Below, one piece after another: positions 42,242-51,185 of a DNA stretch of 64,000 bases. Location of the stretch: contig OZ271918.1 in the NCBI GenBank assembly GCA_965602015.1, positions 1,504,001-1,568,000 of the forward strand, written 5' to 3'. The position numbers and the translations under genes are program-made. The notes below the pieces were generated by a model. That model was given only the letters and a program-made list of their open reading frames with translations. It ran no database searches and had not been told where the DNA came from. Positions within the stretch are counted from its first letter, which is position 1. Each line of letters opens with the position of its first letter. Source of the stretch: Salinispira sp. (GTDB taxonomy: Bacteria > Spirochaetota > Spirochaetia > DSM-27196 > Salinispiraceae).

Positions 42242-42853
42242 ATGTATTCACGGAAAACATGCACGGTTCCCGGCTGCTCCCACCGCAGTCTGCCGGGAAC
42301 AGATCTGTGCGCCGACCATTGCGGAAATTTCGCTGAAATGAACAAGCAGATTCTCGATCACATCGGGGATAATACCGCTATTCGCGAAGTCTCATTCCCC
42401 GGTGTGTATATGAACAGGCGCAGCTTTAAGGCCAAGCAATTGCTGAACTGTGATTTCAGTTACGGGAAATTCGAGGATTGCATTTTTGATGACAGCATTC
42501 TGCAGTTCGTCGTGCTAAACCATTCGGTTTTTCACAACTGTTCGTTTAAAAGAATCAGGGCCATTGAGTGCATTTTCGCCTGTTCCTCATTTCATTCATG
42601 CGATTTTTCCGGTTCGGACCTGGTGCAAAATAATTTTAACGGAAGCGCCATCATCGACGGAAGATTCAACAGCTCCGATCTAATGTATTCCCGGTTTATC
42701 AATGCTGATCTTCAGAATTGCGACTTCGTCGACTGTAATTTAAAGGCCGTGATGTTTCCCAACTCAATAATGAAAGATGTCAGCTTCAAGTACTCGAACC
42801 GTGAAGAGGCGATCTTTGAATTTGAACAAAACGAGACCTGGAGACTGGTATGA
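42242..42853 (+). CDS. Pentapeptide-repeat protein with N-terminal Cys/His motif
   Basis: Five-residue periodic F/L repeats (CDFSY GKFED CIFDD; ADLQN CDFVD); N-terminal CxxxxC...CxxHC. Confidence 0.85.
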   Translation: MYSRKTCTVPGCSHRSLPGTDLCADHCGNFAEMNKQILDHIGDNTAIREVSFPGVYMNRRSFKAKQLLNCDFSYGKFEDCIFDDSILQFVVLNHSVFHNCSFKRIRAIECIFACSSFHSCDFSGSDLVQNNFNGSAIIDGRFNSSDLMYSRFINADLQNCDFVDCNLKAVMFPNSIMKDVSFKYSNREEAIFEFEQNETWRLV

Positions 42854-43446
42854 AGCAATTTGAATCGAATGATCTTCAAATCTACACCTACTTCAGCTCG
42901 GAATCCATGATGAACACCTATGTGATTTGGCATAAGGATCGTGGAGAAGCCTTACTCATAGACCCTGTAGAACTGGACGGCGGGTTATTCGAAATAATCG
43001 AGGCAAACGGCCTTGAAGTAATGGCGATGTTGTTGACGCATGCCCATGAGGACCACTTTAAGGCGGTACGCACGGTGCCCAAAATATATCACAATGCGAA
43101 AATTTACGGCGGTTGCGACCAGATTTTCGATCTACCGGTAGAAAACCTCAAAGAGAGCCCGCGGTTTACCGTCGCCGGCTTTTCGGTGGATCCGATTTTC
43201 CTCCCGGGTCACCACTCGGATTCATTGCTCTTTCATCTTGAAGGATTGCTCTTTACCGGCGACCTGATTAGCGCCGGGAGCCTTGCACTGGCCGACGGCA
43301 GCTTTGGCCGAAAACTGCTTTGCCAATGCATTCATGAAAGCATATTCACTTTGAGCGAGCATACCCTGGTGCTGCCGCTGTTCGGCCCGCCGAGCACCAT
43401 CGGAATAGAACGGGAAACAAACATCATCCTTCAGGAACTGTGCTGA
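42850..43446 (+). CDS. MBL-fold metallo-hydrolase (glyoxalase II-like)
   Basis: LIDP, THAHEDH, PGHH, FTGD; ATGA overlap with the upstream gene. Confidence 0.85.
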   Translation: MKQFESNDLQIYTYFSSESMMNTYVIWHKDRGEALLIDPVELDGGLFEIIEANGLEVMAMLLTHAHEDHFKAVRTVPKIYHNAKIYGGCDQIFDLPVENLKESPRFTVAGFSVDPIFLPGHHSDSLLFHLEGLLFTGDLISAGSLALADGSFGRKLLCQCIHESIFTLSEHTLVLPLFGPPSTIGIERETNIILQELC

Positions 43447-44428
43447 GAAATGCCTCTAACTCGGTCATAAAACCTGCAGCACTAACACGGTTTTTTATGT
43501 CGGCGGGAATATCAGCGGTAAAAAAGCGCTTATCGCTCTCGCCGGGTAAGAGGATGGATAGGCTAATGGCATGAAGCATCAACGGCGTATCAGAAAATTG
43601 CGCCCCGCTCTGCCCGTCCCTTCGACGGAATCGAGGGTTATACAATGGATCTCCCACAATTGCCGCACCGATGTGCTTGCTGTGAACCCGAAGCTGGTGT
43701 GTACGGCCGCTCAAGGGTTTCCAGCACAGCAGACTCAGACCCTTCGGATATTCAGGCGACGGACCGGTGGAGGCCAGCACCCGGTATTCACTGAGCGCTG
43801 ATTTCCCCCTGTTCTCGTCGTGAATAAAGAGAACCCGACTGCCGTCTCCCCTCCGGATAAAACCCGAAACTCTCCCCGAACCACAAAGCTCGCCGTCGGC
43901 CAGGGAAAGGTAGGTTTTCTCGGCGGTTCGATTTCGAAATTGCGCTGACAGGAATTCCAGTGCAGCGCTGTTTTTGGCCAATATGATAACGCCCGACGTA
44001 TCCTTGTCGAGACGATGTACGATGCCCGGCCGAAACTGCTCGGAAGTTGTCAGTTTGGCGACGGGATTGCAGTGATGGATAAACGCGTTTACAAGGGTTC
44101 CGCCCGGGTTTCCCGCGCCTGGATGAACAACCATACCGCGATTCTTGTTGACCACCAGGACGTCATCATTTTCGAAAATGATATCCAGGGGAATATCTTC
44201 GGGGGCCAGAGAATAGGTTTTCTCAGGCAGGTATTCAAGGGCAATACGATCGCCCGCTGCAACCGAGGAACTCGCCTTTGCGGGCCTGCCGTTTATTGTT
44301 GCTGAAACGACACGGGCCTTGTACTGTGAGCGGGTGAACAGCTCGAATTCTTCGGAAATGAATCGATCTATCCGTGAACATTCGCCTTCGGCGGTGATGT
44401 GGAACTGCAGGGTGATGTCCCGGCTCAT
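43424..44428 (-). CDS. rluD: RluA-family pseudouridine synthase (RluD-like)
   Basis: S4-like N-terminus, VVHPGAG, GIVHRLDKDTSG, GRTHQLRVH, IVGDPLY. Confidence 0.88.
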   Translation of the reverse strand: MSRDITLQFHITAEGECSRIDRFISEEFELFTRSQYKARVVSATINGRPAKASSSVAAGDRIALEYLPEKTYSLAPEDIPLDIIFENDDVLVVNKNRGMVVHPGAGNPGGTLVNAFIHHCNPVAKLTTSEQFRPGIVHRLDKDTSGVIILAKNSAALEFLSAQFRNRTAEKTYLSLADGELCGSGRVSGFIRRGDGSRVLFIHDENRGKSALSEYRVLASTGPSPEYPKGLSLLCWKPLSGRTHQLRVHSKHIGAAIVGDPLYNPRFRRRDGQSGAQFSDTPLMLHAISLSILLPGESDKRFFTADIPADIKNRVSAAGFMTELEAFLSTVPEG

Positions 44429-44430
44429 AG

Positions 44431-45000
44431 CTAAGGTACGTCCTGAAACTGACGTGTCGGAGCCGGCTGCCGACGGTTCTCCCGGGTTTTCTCTATTATC
44501 AGGTCGATGGTAGCCAACGCCAGGCTGCTTGCCGCCGCTGCAATAAGGATATTCCGCCTCTCATCATTGTCGAAGCCACGGTCGCCGAACAGAAGCGGAC
44601 GAACTTCACGGGCAGCATCGCTTGAAAACCCTTCCTGTATCCCCGTTGAGCCAAATCGGTACACATCGTAGGCAATGTTTGAAAAAAATATGGTAAACGG
44701 CAAAGTGCCGAAGGCAATTATTTCGAAGCGCCGTACATCTGCCCAGAACCTCTGACCTGCAGCGTCAGACCTCAACGGCGCGCCCTCGCCGTCATTGCGG
44801 GAATCATCCAGCGGAAGCAACAGGTGCTCATTGTAGTGCAATCCGGGCATTACCCTGGTATGATGCCAGGTCATACCTTCAGCCGAATCAGGGAAGAGAG
44901 CGCGGGGTTCCTGAGAAACCAGGGGAGTAATCATCATGCCGGTAAAAAGCACAAAAATAATACAGAAGCCGGGTCTGGGCAGCAGAGGCCGGTGAGTCAT
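44431..45000 (-). CDS. Hypothetical membrane protein
   Basis: Start overlaps the yggS stop; hydrophobic segments (RRFEIIAFGTLPFTIFF); co-oriented. Confidence 0.6.
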   Translation of the reverse strand: MTHRPLLPRPGFCIIFVLFTGMMITPLVSQEPRALFPDSAEGMTWHHTRVMPGLHYNEHLLLPLDDSRNDGEGAPLRSDAAGQRFWADVRRFEIIAFGTLPFTIFFSNIAYDVYRFGSTGIQEGFSSDAAREVRPLLFGDRGFDNDERRNILIAAAASSLALATIDLIIEKTRENRRQPAPTRQFQDVP

Positions 45001-45698
45001 CGGACCGTCCTTTCGCCGAATATCGCTGTACCCACCCGTACCATGGTAGCCCCTTCTTTTATCGCCAACTCAAAATCATTGCTCATGCCCATGCTGAGGC
45101 TATCCCAATGAGGTGGTTTCAATTCGCTATCGATTTTTCCGTGAAGGGAACGCAGCCGTGAAAAAGCGCGCCTAACGGGCTGCTCACCTAATTCCATAAG
45201 GGGTCCAATGGTCATCAGGCCCCGGACGCTCAGCCCTGGCAACCCCAGGGCGAGCTCTGCCAGGGAAAGCACTGCAGTATCTTCTTCGAGCCCCTGTTTG
45301 CTTTGCTCGCCGCTGGTATTGACCTCGATGCAGATATTTATTATCCGCCCCTGTTCTACAGCGTGACGGCTGACTGCCCGAAGGATTTTTTCCCTGTCGA
45401 TGCTCTGAATCCAATCGCTCGCTTGAACGGCGGTTTTAACCTTGTTGGACTGAAGAGTCCCGATCATATGAAGTTCGATATCTTCATGAGATTTCGGGAG
45501 GAACTTTTCGGCTATCTCTTGGACCCGATTCTCACCGAAGATGCGGATGCCGGCCCGGTATGCGTTTTCAATAATCTCGGCAGATTTGGTTTTACTCACC
45601 GCAATGAGGGTGATGTCTACGGGATCCCGGCCGCAGGACCGGGCTGCCGATTCTATCCGCCGCTGTATAGCCTGGAAATTTGCATCGATGGCACTCAT
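44997..45698 (-). CDS. yggS: PLP homeostasis protein YggS
   Basis: IAVSKT, FGENRVQE, HMIGTLQSNK, GLMT, SMGMSND, VRVGTAIFG. Confidence 0.96.
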   Translation of the reverse strand: MSAIDANFQAIQRRIESAARSCGRDPVDITLIAVSKTKSAEIIENAYRAGIRIFGENRVQEIAEKFLPKSHEDIELHMIGTLQSNKVKTAVQASDWIQSIDREKILRAVSRHAVEQGRIINICIEVNTSGEQSKQGLEEDTAVLSLAELALGLPGLSVRGLMTIGPLMELGEQPVRRAFSRLRSLHGKIDSELKPPHWDSLSMGMSNDFELAIKEGATMVRVGTAIFGERTVR

Positions 45699-45705
45699 TC
45701 AATAT

Positions 45706-45734
45706 ATTGTAGCAAATTAAAGTGGCCGAGTCAT
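45706..45734 (-). promoter_or_regulatory. Extended -10 leaderless promoter for yggS
   Basis: ATGACT-N17-TACAAT with TG extension; the -10 box (45711-45706) lies 7 nt before ATG 45698. Confidence 0.6.
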
Positions 45735-45808
45735 GCACCTATTTACCATTGAAGTGCTTTGGCATAATATGGCCACGCAAAAACACATGAACAGGCAGGT
45801 AGACATAC

Positions 45809-46714
45809 ATGAGTACAACCCTCTGGTCGGAGAGACAGATTTCAACCTGGAGAACCAAAGTCGGCTTGGCAGAAATGCTCAAGGGCGGCGTGATCATGGA
45901 CGTAATAAACGTTGAACAGGCGAAAATCGCCGAAGATGCCGGCGCTCAGGCGGTTATGGCTCTCGAGAGAGTGCCCGCCGACATTCGGGCTCAGGGCGGT
46001 GTAGCCCGGATGAGCGACCCGGCAATGATAGAAGAGATTAAAGCGGCGGTTTCCATTCCCGTCATGGCCAAGGCGCGTATCGGACACTTTGCCGAGGCGC
46101 AAATCCTCGAGGCCATAGGTGTAGACTTCATCGATGAGAGTGAAGTTCTCACCCCGGCCGACGATGAGTTCCATATCTGGAAGTACGACTTCAAAGCGCC
46201 CTTTGTTTGCGGCTGCCGCAACCTCGGCGAAGCCCTGCGGAGAATCGGGGAAGGCGCTGCCATGATCCGTACAAAGGGTGAGGCGGGAACCGGCGATATC
46301 ATTGAAGCGGTTCGTCACATCCGCAGCGTTACCGACGGCATAAAGCGGCTTCAGGGCCTCGGCCGGGAACAGCTGATGACCGAAGCGAAAAACCTCGGAG
46401 CCCCCTTCGATCTGGTTTACGAAGTGGCGGAAACCGGAAAGCTTCCGGTACCAAATTTCTCCGCCGGCGGCGTAGCTACCCCTGCGGATGCGTCTCTCAT
46501 GGTGCAGCTTGGTGCCGAGGCGGTTTTTGTCGGTTCAGGGATTTTCAAAAGCGGAGATCCGAAAAAACGGGCACGTGCCATTGTCGATGCGGTTGCCCAT
46601 TATAATGAGCCCGGCAAGCTGCTTGAGATTTCCCGGAACATCGGCGAACCGATGACGGGCATCAACGTGAGCACCATGGATGACAGTCAGCGAATTGCCG
46701 GACGGGGCTGGTAA
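45809..46714 (+). CDS. pdxS: Pyridoxal 5'-phosphate synthase lyase subunit
   Basis: [47 protein letters not shown]-terminal RGW. Confidence 0.98.
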   Translation: MSTTLWSERQISTWRTKVGLAEMLKGGVIMDVINVEQAKIAEDAGAQAVMALERVPADIRAQGGVARMSDPAMIEEIKAAVSIPVMAKARIGHFAEAQILEAIGVDFIDESEVLTPADDEFHIWKYDFKAPFVCGCRNLGEALRRIGEGAAMIRTKGEAGTGDIIEAVRHIRSVTDGIKRLQGLGREQLMTEAKNLGAPFDLVYEVAETGKLPVPNFSAGGVATPADASLMVQLGAEAVFVGSGIFKSGDPKKRARAIVDAVAHYNEPGKLLEISRNIGEPMTGINVSTMDDSQRIAGRGW

Positions 46715-46744
46715 AAGACCCAGGCACCGAACGAAGAATAATTC

Positions 46745-46773
46745 AAACCCTGGCTTAGGTCAGGGTTTTTTTT
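46745..46773 (+). terminator. Intrinsic terminator-like hairpin between pdxS and pdxT
   Basis: AAACCCTGGC-TTAG-GTCAGGGTTT followed by a T8 run (46766-46773). Confidence 0.75.
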
Positions 46774-46786
46774 GGAGCACAGCATC

Positions 46787-47362
46787 ATGAAAAAAGTAGG
46801 CGTTCTGAGTCTTCAGGGCGGATTCGCGAAGCATATAGAAATCCTGCGGCTTTGCGGGCATCAGGTGATCTCCGTCAGAAATGAAGCGGACCTGGCCCAA
46901 TGCGACGGTCTCATACTCCCGGGCGGTGAGAGCACTACAATCGCCATGCTGATCAAGCGGCGCGGTCTCGACGGCCCCCTGAACGAGTTTATCAAATCCG
47001 GCAAAGCTGTTTTTGGAACCTGCGCCGGTATGATTCTGCTGTCTCATAAGGTTGACGGCAGGAATGAGCTGCATTTTTCGGCGATAGACATGGAAATCGA
47101 GCGAAACTCCTACGGAAGCCAGGTCGACAGCTTTGAAGCAGCCCTGGACATAACGATTCAGGGAAAAAAAATCGCGGCCTTCCCGGCGGTGTTTATACGA
47201 GCTCCGAGAATCACTGCTTTAGGCGATGGCGTTCAAGCTCTCGCCAGTTTCAACGGCGATCCGGTAATGGTGCAAAGCGGCAATATTATTGCAACAAGTT
47301 TTCATCCGGAACTTACGGCAGACCGGCGTATTCATGAATATTTTATAGAACAGATGGGCTGA
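46787..47362 (+). CDS. pdxT: Pyridoxal 5'-phosphate synthase glutaminase subunit
   Basis: GVLSLQG, PGGEST, GTCAG, RNSYGSQ, FIRAP, FHPEL; GGAG RBS at 46774. Confidence 0.96.
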   Translation: MKKVGVLSLQGGFAKHIEILRLCGHQVISVRNEADLAQCDGLILPGGESTTIAMLIKRRGLDGPLNEFIKSGKAVFGTCAGMILLSHKVDGRNELHFSAIDMEIERNSYGSQVDSFEAALDITIQGKKIAAFPAVFIRAPRITALGDGVQALASFNGDPVMVQSGNIIATSFHPELTADRRIHEYFIEQMG

Positions 47363-47380
47363 GCCTGCCGCAGAGTTCCC

Positions 47381-48445
47381 CTAAAAATCCCGTTTTAGAT
47401 TATAGGTTAAGAGAGCATGAAGAGATTCGGCGAGATTTGGTGCCTCTGACCTCAGCAGATCGATAGCTGAGGAGCAATCAGAAGCGAGTTCTCCCAGACG
47501 ATTCTCGATTTGTTGGGGAATCGAATACTTCTCAAGCAGATTCATGATTACCCGGGCCTCTTCATCGGACTTCAGATTGCCGATCAGATTCAAAAGATTT
47601 TCCCTGTCGGCCGCATCGGTCAGTTCAAGCAGGGTCTGCATGTAAACAGTTTTCTTTCCCTCATACAGATCAGATCCCCGCGGCTTGCCGGTCTTTTGGG
47701 AATCTCCGAATAGTCCGATTTCATCATCCTTAATCTGAAAGATGATACCGAGCAATTCGCCGATATCTTCCAACTGTTTGCGGATTTTTTTATCTTTTCC
47801 CCGTAGAAGGGCTCCGAGGCTCAGAGGCAGACTGAAGGTGTAACGTCCGGTTTTATGGCGGTACATTGTTTCCACCGCATCATAGCTAACCGCGGTAGCG
47901 TCAATTTCACCGTGATGCACATCCTGCATTTGCGCAATTCCGACCAGGACCATTTCATCGGAAATGAAGTCAATTAGTTCGCTTCGCTTTTTATCGGACA
48001 GTGAAAGCCGGGAAAGCATACCGAAGGCCATAAACGCTGCCACATCTCCAGCGCAAATCCCCATGCTCAAGCCATAGTGGGCAGGATCATTCACTCCCGC
48101 GGATTGGCCATCGCCCTGAAACTGATAGTGAACCGACGGTTTCCCCCTGCGATACTCGTCCTGATCCATAATGTCGTCGTGGATAAGCAACATACTCTGA
48201 AAAAGTTCCACAGCTGCGGAAATGACAAACAGGTCCCTTCGGTCAACCTCGTCTCCGGTAAGGCGGTCGTAGGCGAATGGAACAAGACTGCCGCGGATGA
48301 GCTTGCCTCTCGATGCGTAGTCATCGAGTCGATCGCGTACTTTTCCTGAGAACCCGTTGATGTGGGTAAAACGGTTCATGACCTCGCCAATCCCCCCATG
48401 CAGGGCTGAGAGAATTTCATCGCGGTAGTATAGTAGCTCTTTCAT
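47381..48445 (-). CDS. Polyprenyl diphosphate synthase (GGPP synthase/IdsA-like)
   Basis: GKLIRG, FARM HDDIMDQDEYRRG, KTGRY, FQIKDD, GK..GSDL.EGKKT. Confidence 0.9.
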   Translation of the reverse strand: MKELLYYRDEILSALHGGIGEVMNRFTHINGFSGKVRDRLDDYASRGKLIRGSLVPFAYDRLTGDEVDRRDLFVISAAVELFQSMLLIHDDIMDQDEYRRGKPSVHYQFQGDGQSAGVNDPAHYGLSMGICAGDVAAFMAFGMLSRLSLSDKKRSELIDFISDEMVLVGIAQMQDVHHGEIDATAVSYDAVETMYRHKTGRYTFSLPLSLGALLRGKDKKIRKQLEDIGELLGIIFQIKDDEIGLFGDSQKTGKPRGSDLYEGKKTVYMQTLLELTDAADRENLLNLIGNLKSDEEARVIMNLLEKYSIPQQIENRLGELASDCSSAIDLLRSEAPNLAESLHALLTYNLKRDF

Positions 48446-48718
48446 TGTGCTCCCTCTTGTGCAGATGCGCGATGATTATCCCATGTGGAATCCAACGCTG
48501 AGTAATTCTGTCGCAAAGGCTTCCGGCTTGCAAGACCCTTTTGACAGCCGGACGTCTTCTTTAGATATATTTGCGTAATATGGCCAGGAGTTAGGTTTGC
48601 TGGCGATAGGCGCCACAATCTTCGCATATTTTTTGTAACTTTTTAATTGTGAAATGATGAGATCGAGATATTTTACTTGTTTTTTTACTAATATTTTTAC
48701 CTTTATTTCCATATTACA

Positions 48719-48747
48719 TTGACTTTAAGGTGAATAATGACAATAAT
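48719..48747 (+). promoter_or_regulatory. Putative sigma70 promoter for ilvBN
   Basis: TTGACT (48719-48724)-N17-AATAAT (48742-48747), preceded by an AT-rich UP-like tract. Confidence 0.45.
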
Positions 48748-48777
48748 CATGACGATATTCGAGCAAGAGGTGGAAGT

Positions 48778-50493
48778 ATGTCTGAAAATCTTAAATCCGG
48801 TGCAGAAGTAATTGTGGACGTCATTCACAAGGAAGGAATAGAATACATCTTTGGACTCCCAGGCGGGGCGGCAATACCTATTTTTGATGCCCTGGTCGAT
48901 TCGCCGGTAGAGCTTATCCTTACCCGTCATGAACAAGGCGCTACCCACATGGCTGACGGGTATGCCCGGGCAACAGGCAAGCCCGCGGTGGTTCTGGTAA
49001 CTTCCGGACCAGGGGCAACAAACACAATTACCGGCATACTCACCGCCCAAATGGACTCGGTCCCCATGGTGATTCTCACCGGTCAAAACACCACATGGAA
49101 TCTGGGTCTCGATGCGTTTCAGGAAGCCGATGTGTCAGGCATCTCATTCCCCGTGGTCAAGCACTCATATCTGGTAAAAGACCCGCGAGATTTGCCACGG
49201 GTCATGCGGGAGGCATTTCACATTTGTCAGACCGGACGTCCCGGACCGGTGCTGGTAGATATTCCAAAGGATATATCCTCTGCGGTAATTGAACCGGATT
49301 ATGATGAAGACTTCCACCTTCCCGGTTACCGATACCTGGAAGACGGCGAAGAGGATTCAATAGAACAGGCCGCGCGCCTGCTTCAGAAAGCGTCCAGACC
49401 GGTGCTCCTGGTCGGGCACGGTGCGGTAATTTCCGGAGCCGAGAAAGAGGTAATTCGTTTAGCAGAGACTCTTGATATTCCGGTGACGAACACCCTTCTG
49501 GGCAAGGGCTGTTTCCCCGAAGACCACCCCCTTTCACTCGGAATGCTGGGAATGCACGGTACTGCCTATGCGAACAAGGCGGTGGCGGACTGCGACCTGA
49601 TAATGTCCATTGGCTCGCGTTGGGACGACAGGATTATCGGCAATCCCGACGAGTTCTGCGTCGACGCGAGGAAAATCCACGTTGATATCGACCCATCGGA
49701 ATTCAACAAGATTATCGATATGGATGTAACCATACAGGGCGATGCAAAAACCGTTCTCCAGTCCCTCTTGAAAAAAGTCATTCCCGGTGAAACCGCCCTC
49801 TGGCTTAAACAGATTGAAAAGTGGAAAAAAAATCACCCCTTGAAATATCGCCGCACGGGTAAGCTCTCCGCCCAGCACGTAATCGATGAGATGCATATTC
49901 AGACCAACGGCAGGGCAATCGTCTCCACCGACGTTGGTCAGCATCAAATGTGGGCGGCTCAGTTCTGCAAAACAAACGACCGCTTCCATTGGCTCAGCTC
50001 CGGCGGCGCAGGAACCATGGGCTTTGGTTTTCCCGCAGCCGTAGGCGCCCAATTCGCCCATCCGGATAAAACGGTAGTCGCTGTGGTGGGAGACGGCGGT
50101 TTTCAAATGACCCTCTGCGAACTGTCCACCGCGGTCATCAATAAACTGCCATTAAAAATCGTTGTCATTAACAACAGATATCTGGGCATGGTGCGTCAGT
50201 GGCAAAGCCTGTTCTATGACAACCGGCTCTCCGGCGTCGACCTGCAGGGAAACCCGGATTTTGTCAAACTGGCAGAAAGCTACGGTGCCAAAGGATTCCG
50301 CATCAAGCGGAGCGCCGACGTAAAACGGATAATCTCCGCCGCATTGGCCTATAACGACGGCCCGGTGGTTATTGATGCCATGGTCGAAAAGGAGAGCAAT
50401 GTTTTCCCGATGATACCCGCCGGGGCATCATTGGCCGATATGATTCTCGAAGAACCCAAACAGCCGATGGCAAAGCCCGTAGGCTCTACCTAA
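48778..50493 (+). CDS. ilvB: Acetolactate synthase large subunit
   Basis: [29 protein letters not shown] motif GDGGFQM...NN; GAGGTGG RBS before ATG 48778. Confidence 0.97.
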   Translation: MSENLKSGAEVIVDVIHKEGIEYIFGLPGGAAIPIFDALVDSPVELILTRHEQGATHMADGYARATGKPAVVLVTSGPGATNTITGILTAQMDSVPMVILTGQNTTWNLGLDAFQEADVSGISFPVVKHSYLVKDPRDLPRVMREAFHICQTGRPGPVLVDIPKDISSAVIEPDYDEDFHLPGYRYLEDGEEDSIEQAARLLQKASRPVLLVGHGAVISGAEKEVIRLAETLDIPVTNTLLGKGCFPEDHPLSLGMLGMHGTAYANKAVADCDLIMSIGSRWDDRIIGNPDEFCVDARKIHVDIDPSEFNKIIDMDVTIQGDAKTVLQSLLKKVIPGETALWLKQIEKWKKNHPLKYRRTGKLSAQHVIDEMHIQTNGRAIVSTDVGQHQMWAAQFCKTNDRFHWLSSGGAGTMGFGFPAAVGAQFAHPDKTVVAVVGDGGFQMTLCELSTAVINKLPLKIVVINNRYLGMVRQWQSLFYDNRLSGVDLQGNPDFVKLAESYGAKGFRIKRSADVKRIISAALAYNDGPVVIDAMVEKESNVFPMIPAGASLADMILEEPKQPMAKPVGST

Positions 50494-50519
50494 GCAGCAG
50501 CTCACAAGGAGACGCAGAT

Positions 50520-51026
50520 ATGTCAAACGGCATCACTAAAAAGCACACCATCAGTCTGTTCGTGGCCAATAAGCCCGGAGTTCTCATCCGGATTGCCCTG
50601 GTTTTCGCCCGTCGGGGGTACAACATCGACAGTCTCGTGGTGTCCTCGGGAAGCGATCCCCGGTTTTCCACTATGAACATCGTGGCGACCGGAGATGAAA
50701 AGGTTTTGGACCAGATACTGAAGCAATTAAACAAGCTGGTCGATGTGGTTTCCGCAAAGGACCGCACCGATGAGGATATTCTTCAGAAAGAGCTCGCGTT
50801 GTTTAAGATTGGCACAACAGATCATGAACGCTTTGAAGTTATTCAACTGGCCAATGCGCTCAAATGCGATGTGGTTGATGTCTCTGAAAGCGCGGTAATT
50901 CTAGAAATGCAGGGGAACAGCGAGCGAATCGACAGCACCTACGAGGTGCTGGAAGATTATGGGGTTATCGAATTGGTCCGCACCGGCAAGGTACTCATGG
51001 CCAGGGGGTCAGAAGTAACCTCATAA
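50520..51026 (+). CDS. ilvN: Acetolactate synthase small (regulatory) subunit
   Basis: NKPGVL.RI...FARRGYNIDSL ACT domain, KQLNKLVDV, ELVRTG. Confidence 0.95.
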   Translation: MSNGITKKHTISLFVANKPGVLIRIALVFARRGYNIDSLVVSSGSDPRFSTMNIVATGDEKVLDQILKQLNKLVDVVSAKDRTDEDILQKELALFKIGTTDHERFEVIQLANALKCDVVDVSESAVILEMQGNSERIDSTYEVLEDYGVIELVRTGKVLMARGSEVTS

Positions 51027-51038
51027 TCCTATTAACAT

Positions 51039-51068
51039 AAAAAAACCAATTCCCGTTCGGGGAATTGG
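51039..51068 (-). terminator. Terminator between convergent tRNA-Val and ilvN
   Basis: CCAATTCCC/GGGAATTGG stem (51046-51068) with a U7 tract on the minus strand. Confidence 0.75.
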
Positions 51069-51076
51069 CTTAGTAG

Positions 51077-51150
51077 TGGGCGGTGGCAGACTCGAACTGC
51101 CGACCCCCAGCGTGTCGAGCTGGTGCTCTAACCAACTGAGCTAACCGCCC
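51077..51150 (-). tRNA. tRNA-Val (GAC)
   Basis: Cloverleaf: GGGCGGT/ACCGCCC acceptor stem, D arm GCTCAGTTGGTTAGAGC, anticodon arm CCAGC-TCGACAC-GCTGG, GTTCGAGTC T loop; CCA not encoded. Confidence 0.97.
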
Positions 51151-51157
51151 GGATAGT

Positions 51158-51184
51158 AAAAACGCTCCCATATCCGGGAGCGTT
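51158..51184 (-). terminator. Probable terminator of the che operon
   Basis: AACGCTCCC/GGGAGCGTT stem (51161-51184) ending in TTTTT on the minus strand. Confidence 0.65.
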
Positions 51185-51185
51185 G

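Noticed and set aside
43424..43446. 23-bp 3' overlap of convergent MBL and rluD genes as antisense regulation
   Set aside because: Short convergent overlaps are common in compact genomes, and nothing else supports a regulatory role.
48505..48560. GCAAAGGCTTCCGGCT...GACAGCCGGA, resembling the 3' half of a c-di-GMP-I riboswitch
   Set aside because: The upstream GGCAAA...GNRA-loop stem is missing and the element lies upstream of the likely ilvB promoter. An Rfam RF01051 scan would settle it.
48476..48712. 78-aa minus-strand ORF in the AT-rich spacer before ilvB
   Set aside because: Its Lys/Ile bias simply mirrors the T-rich promoter DNA; no RBS or recognisable motif.
45809..51150. Plus-strand pdxST/ilvBN block beside the tRNA-Val 3' end as a possible genomic island
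   Set aside because: No integrase, no duplicated tRNA 3' end seen, and the content is housekeeping.
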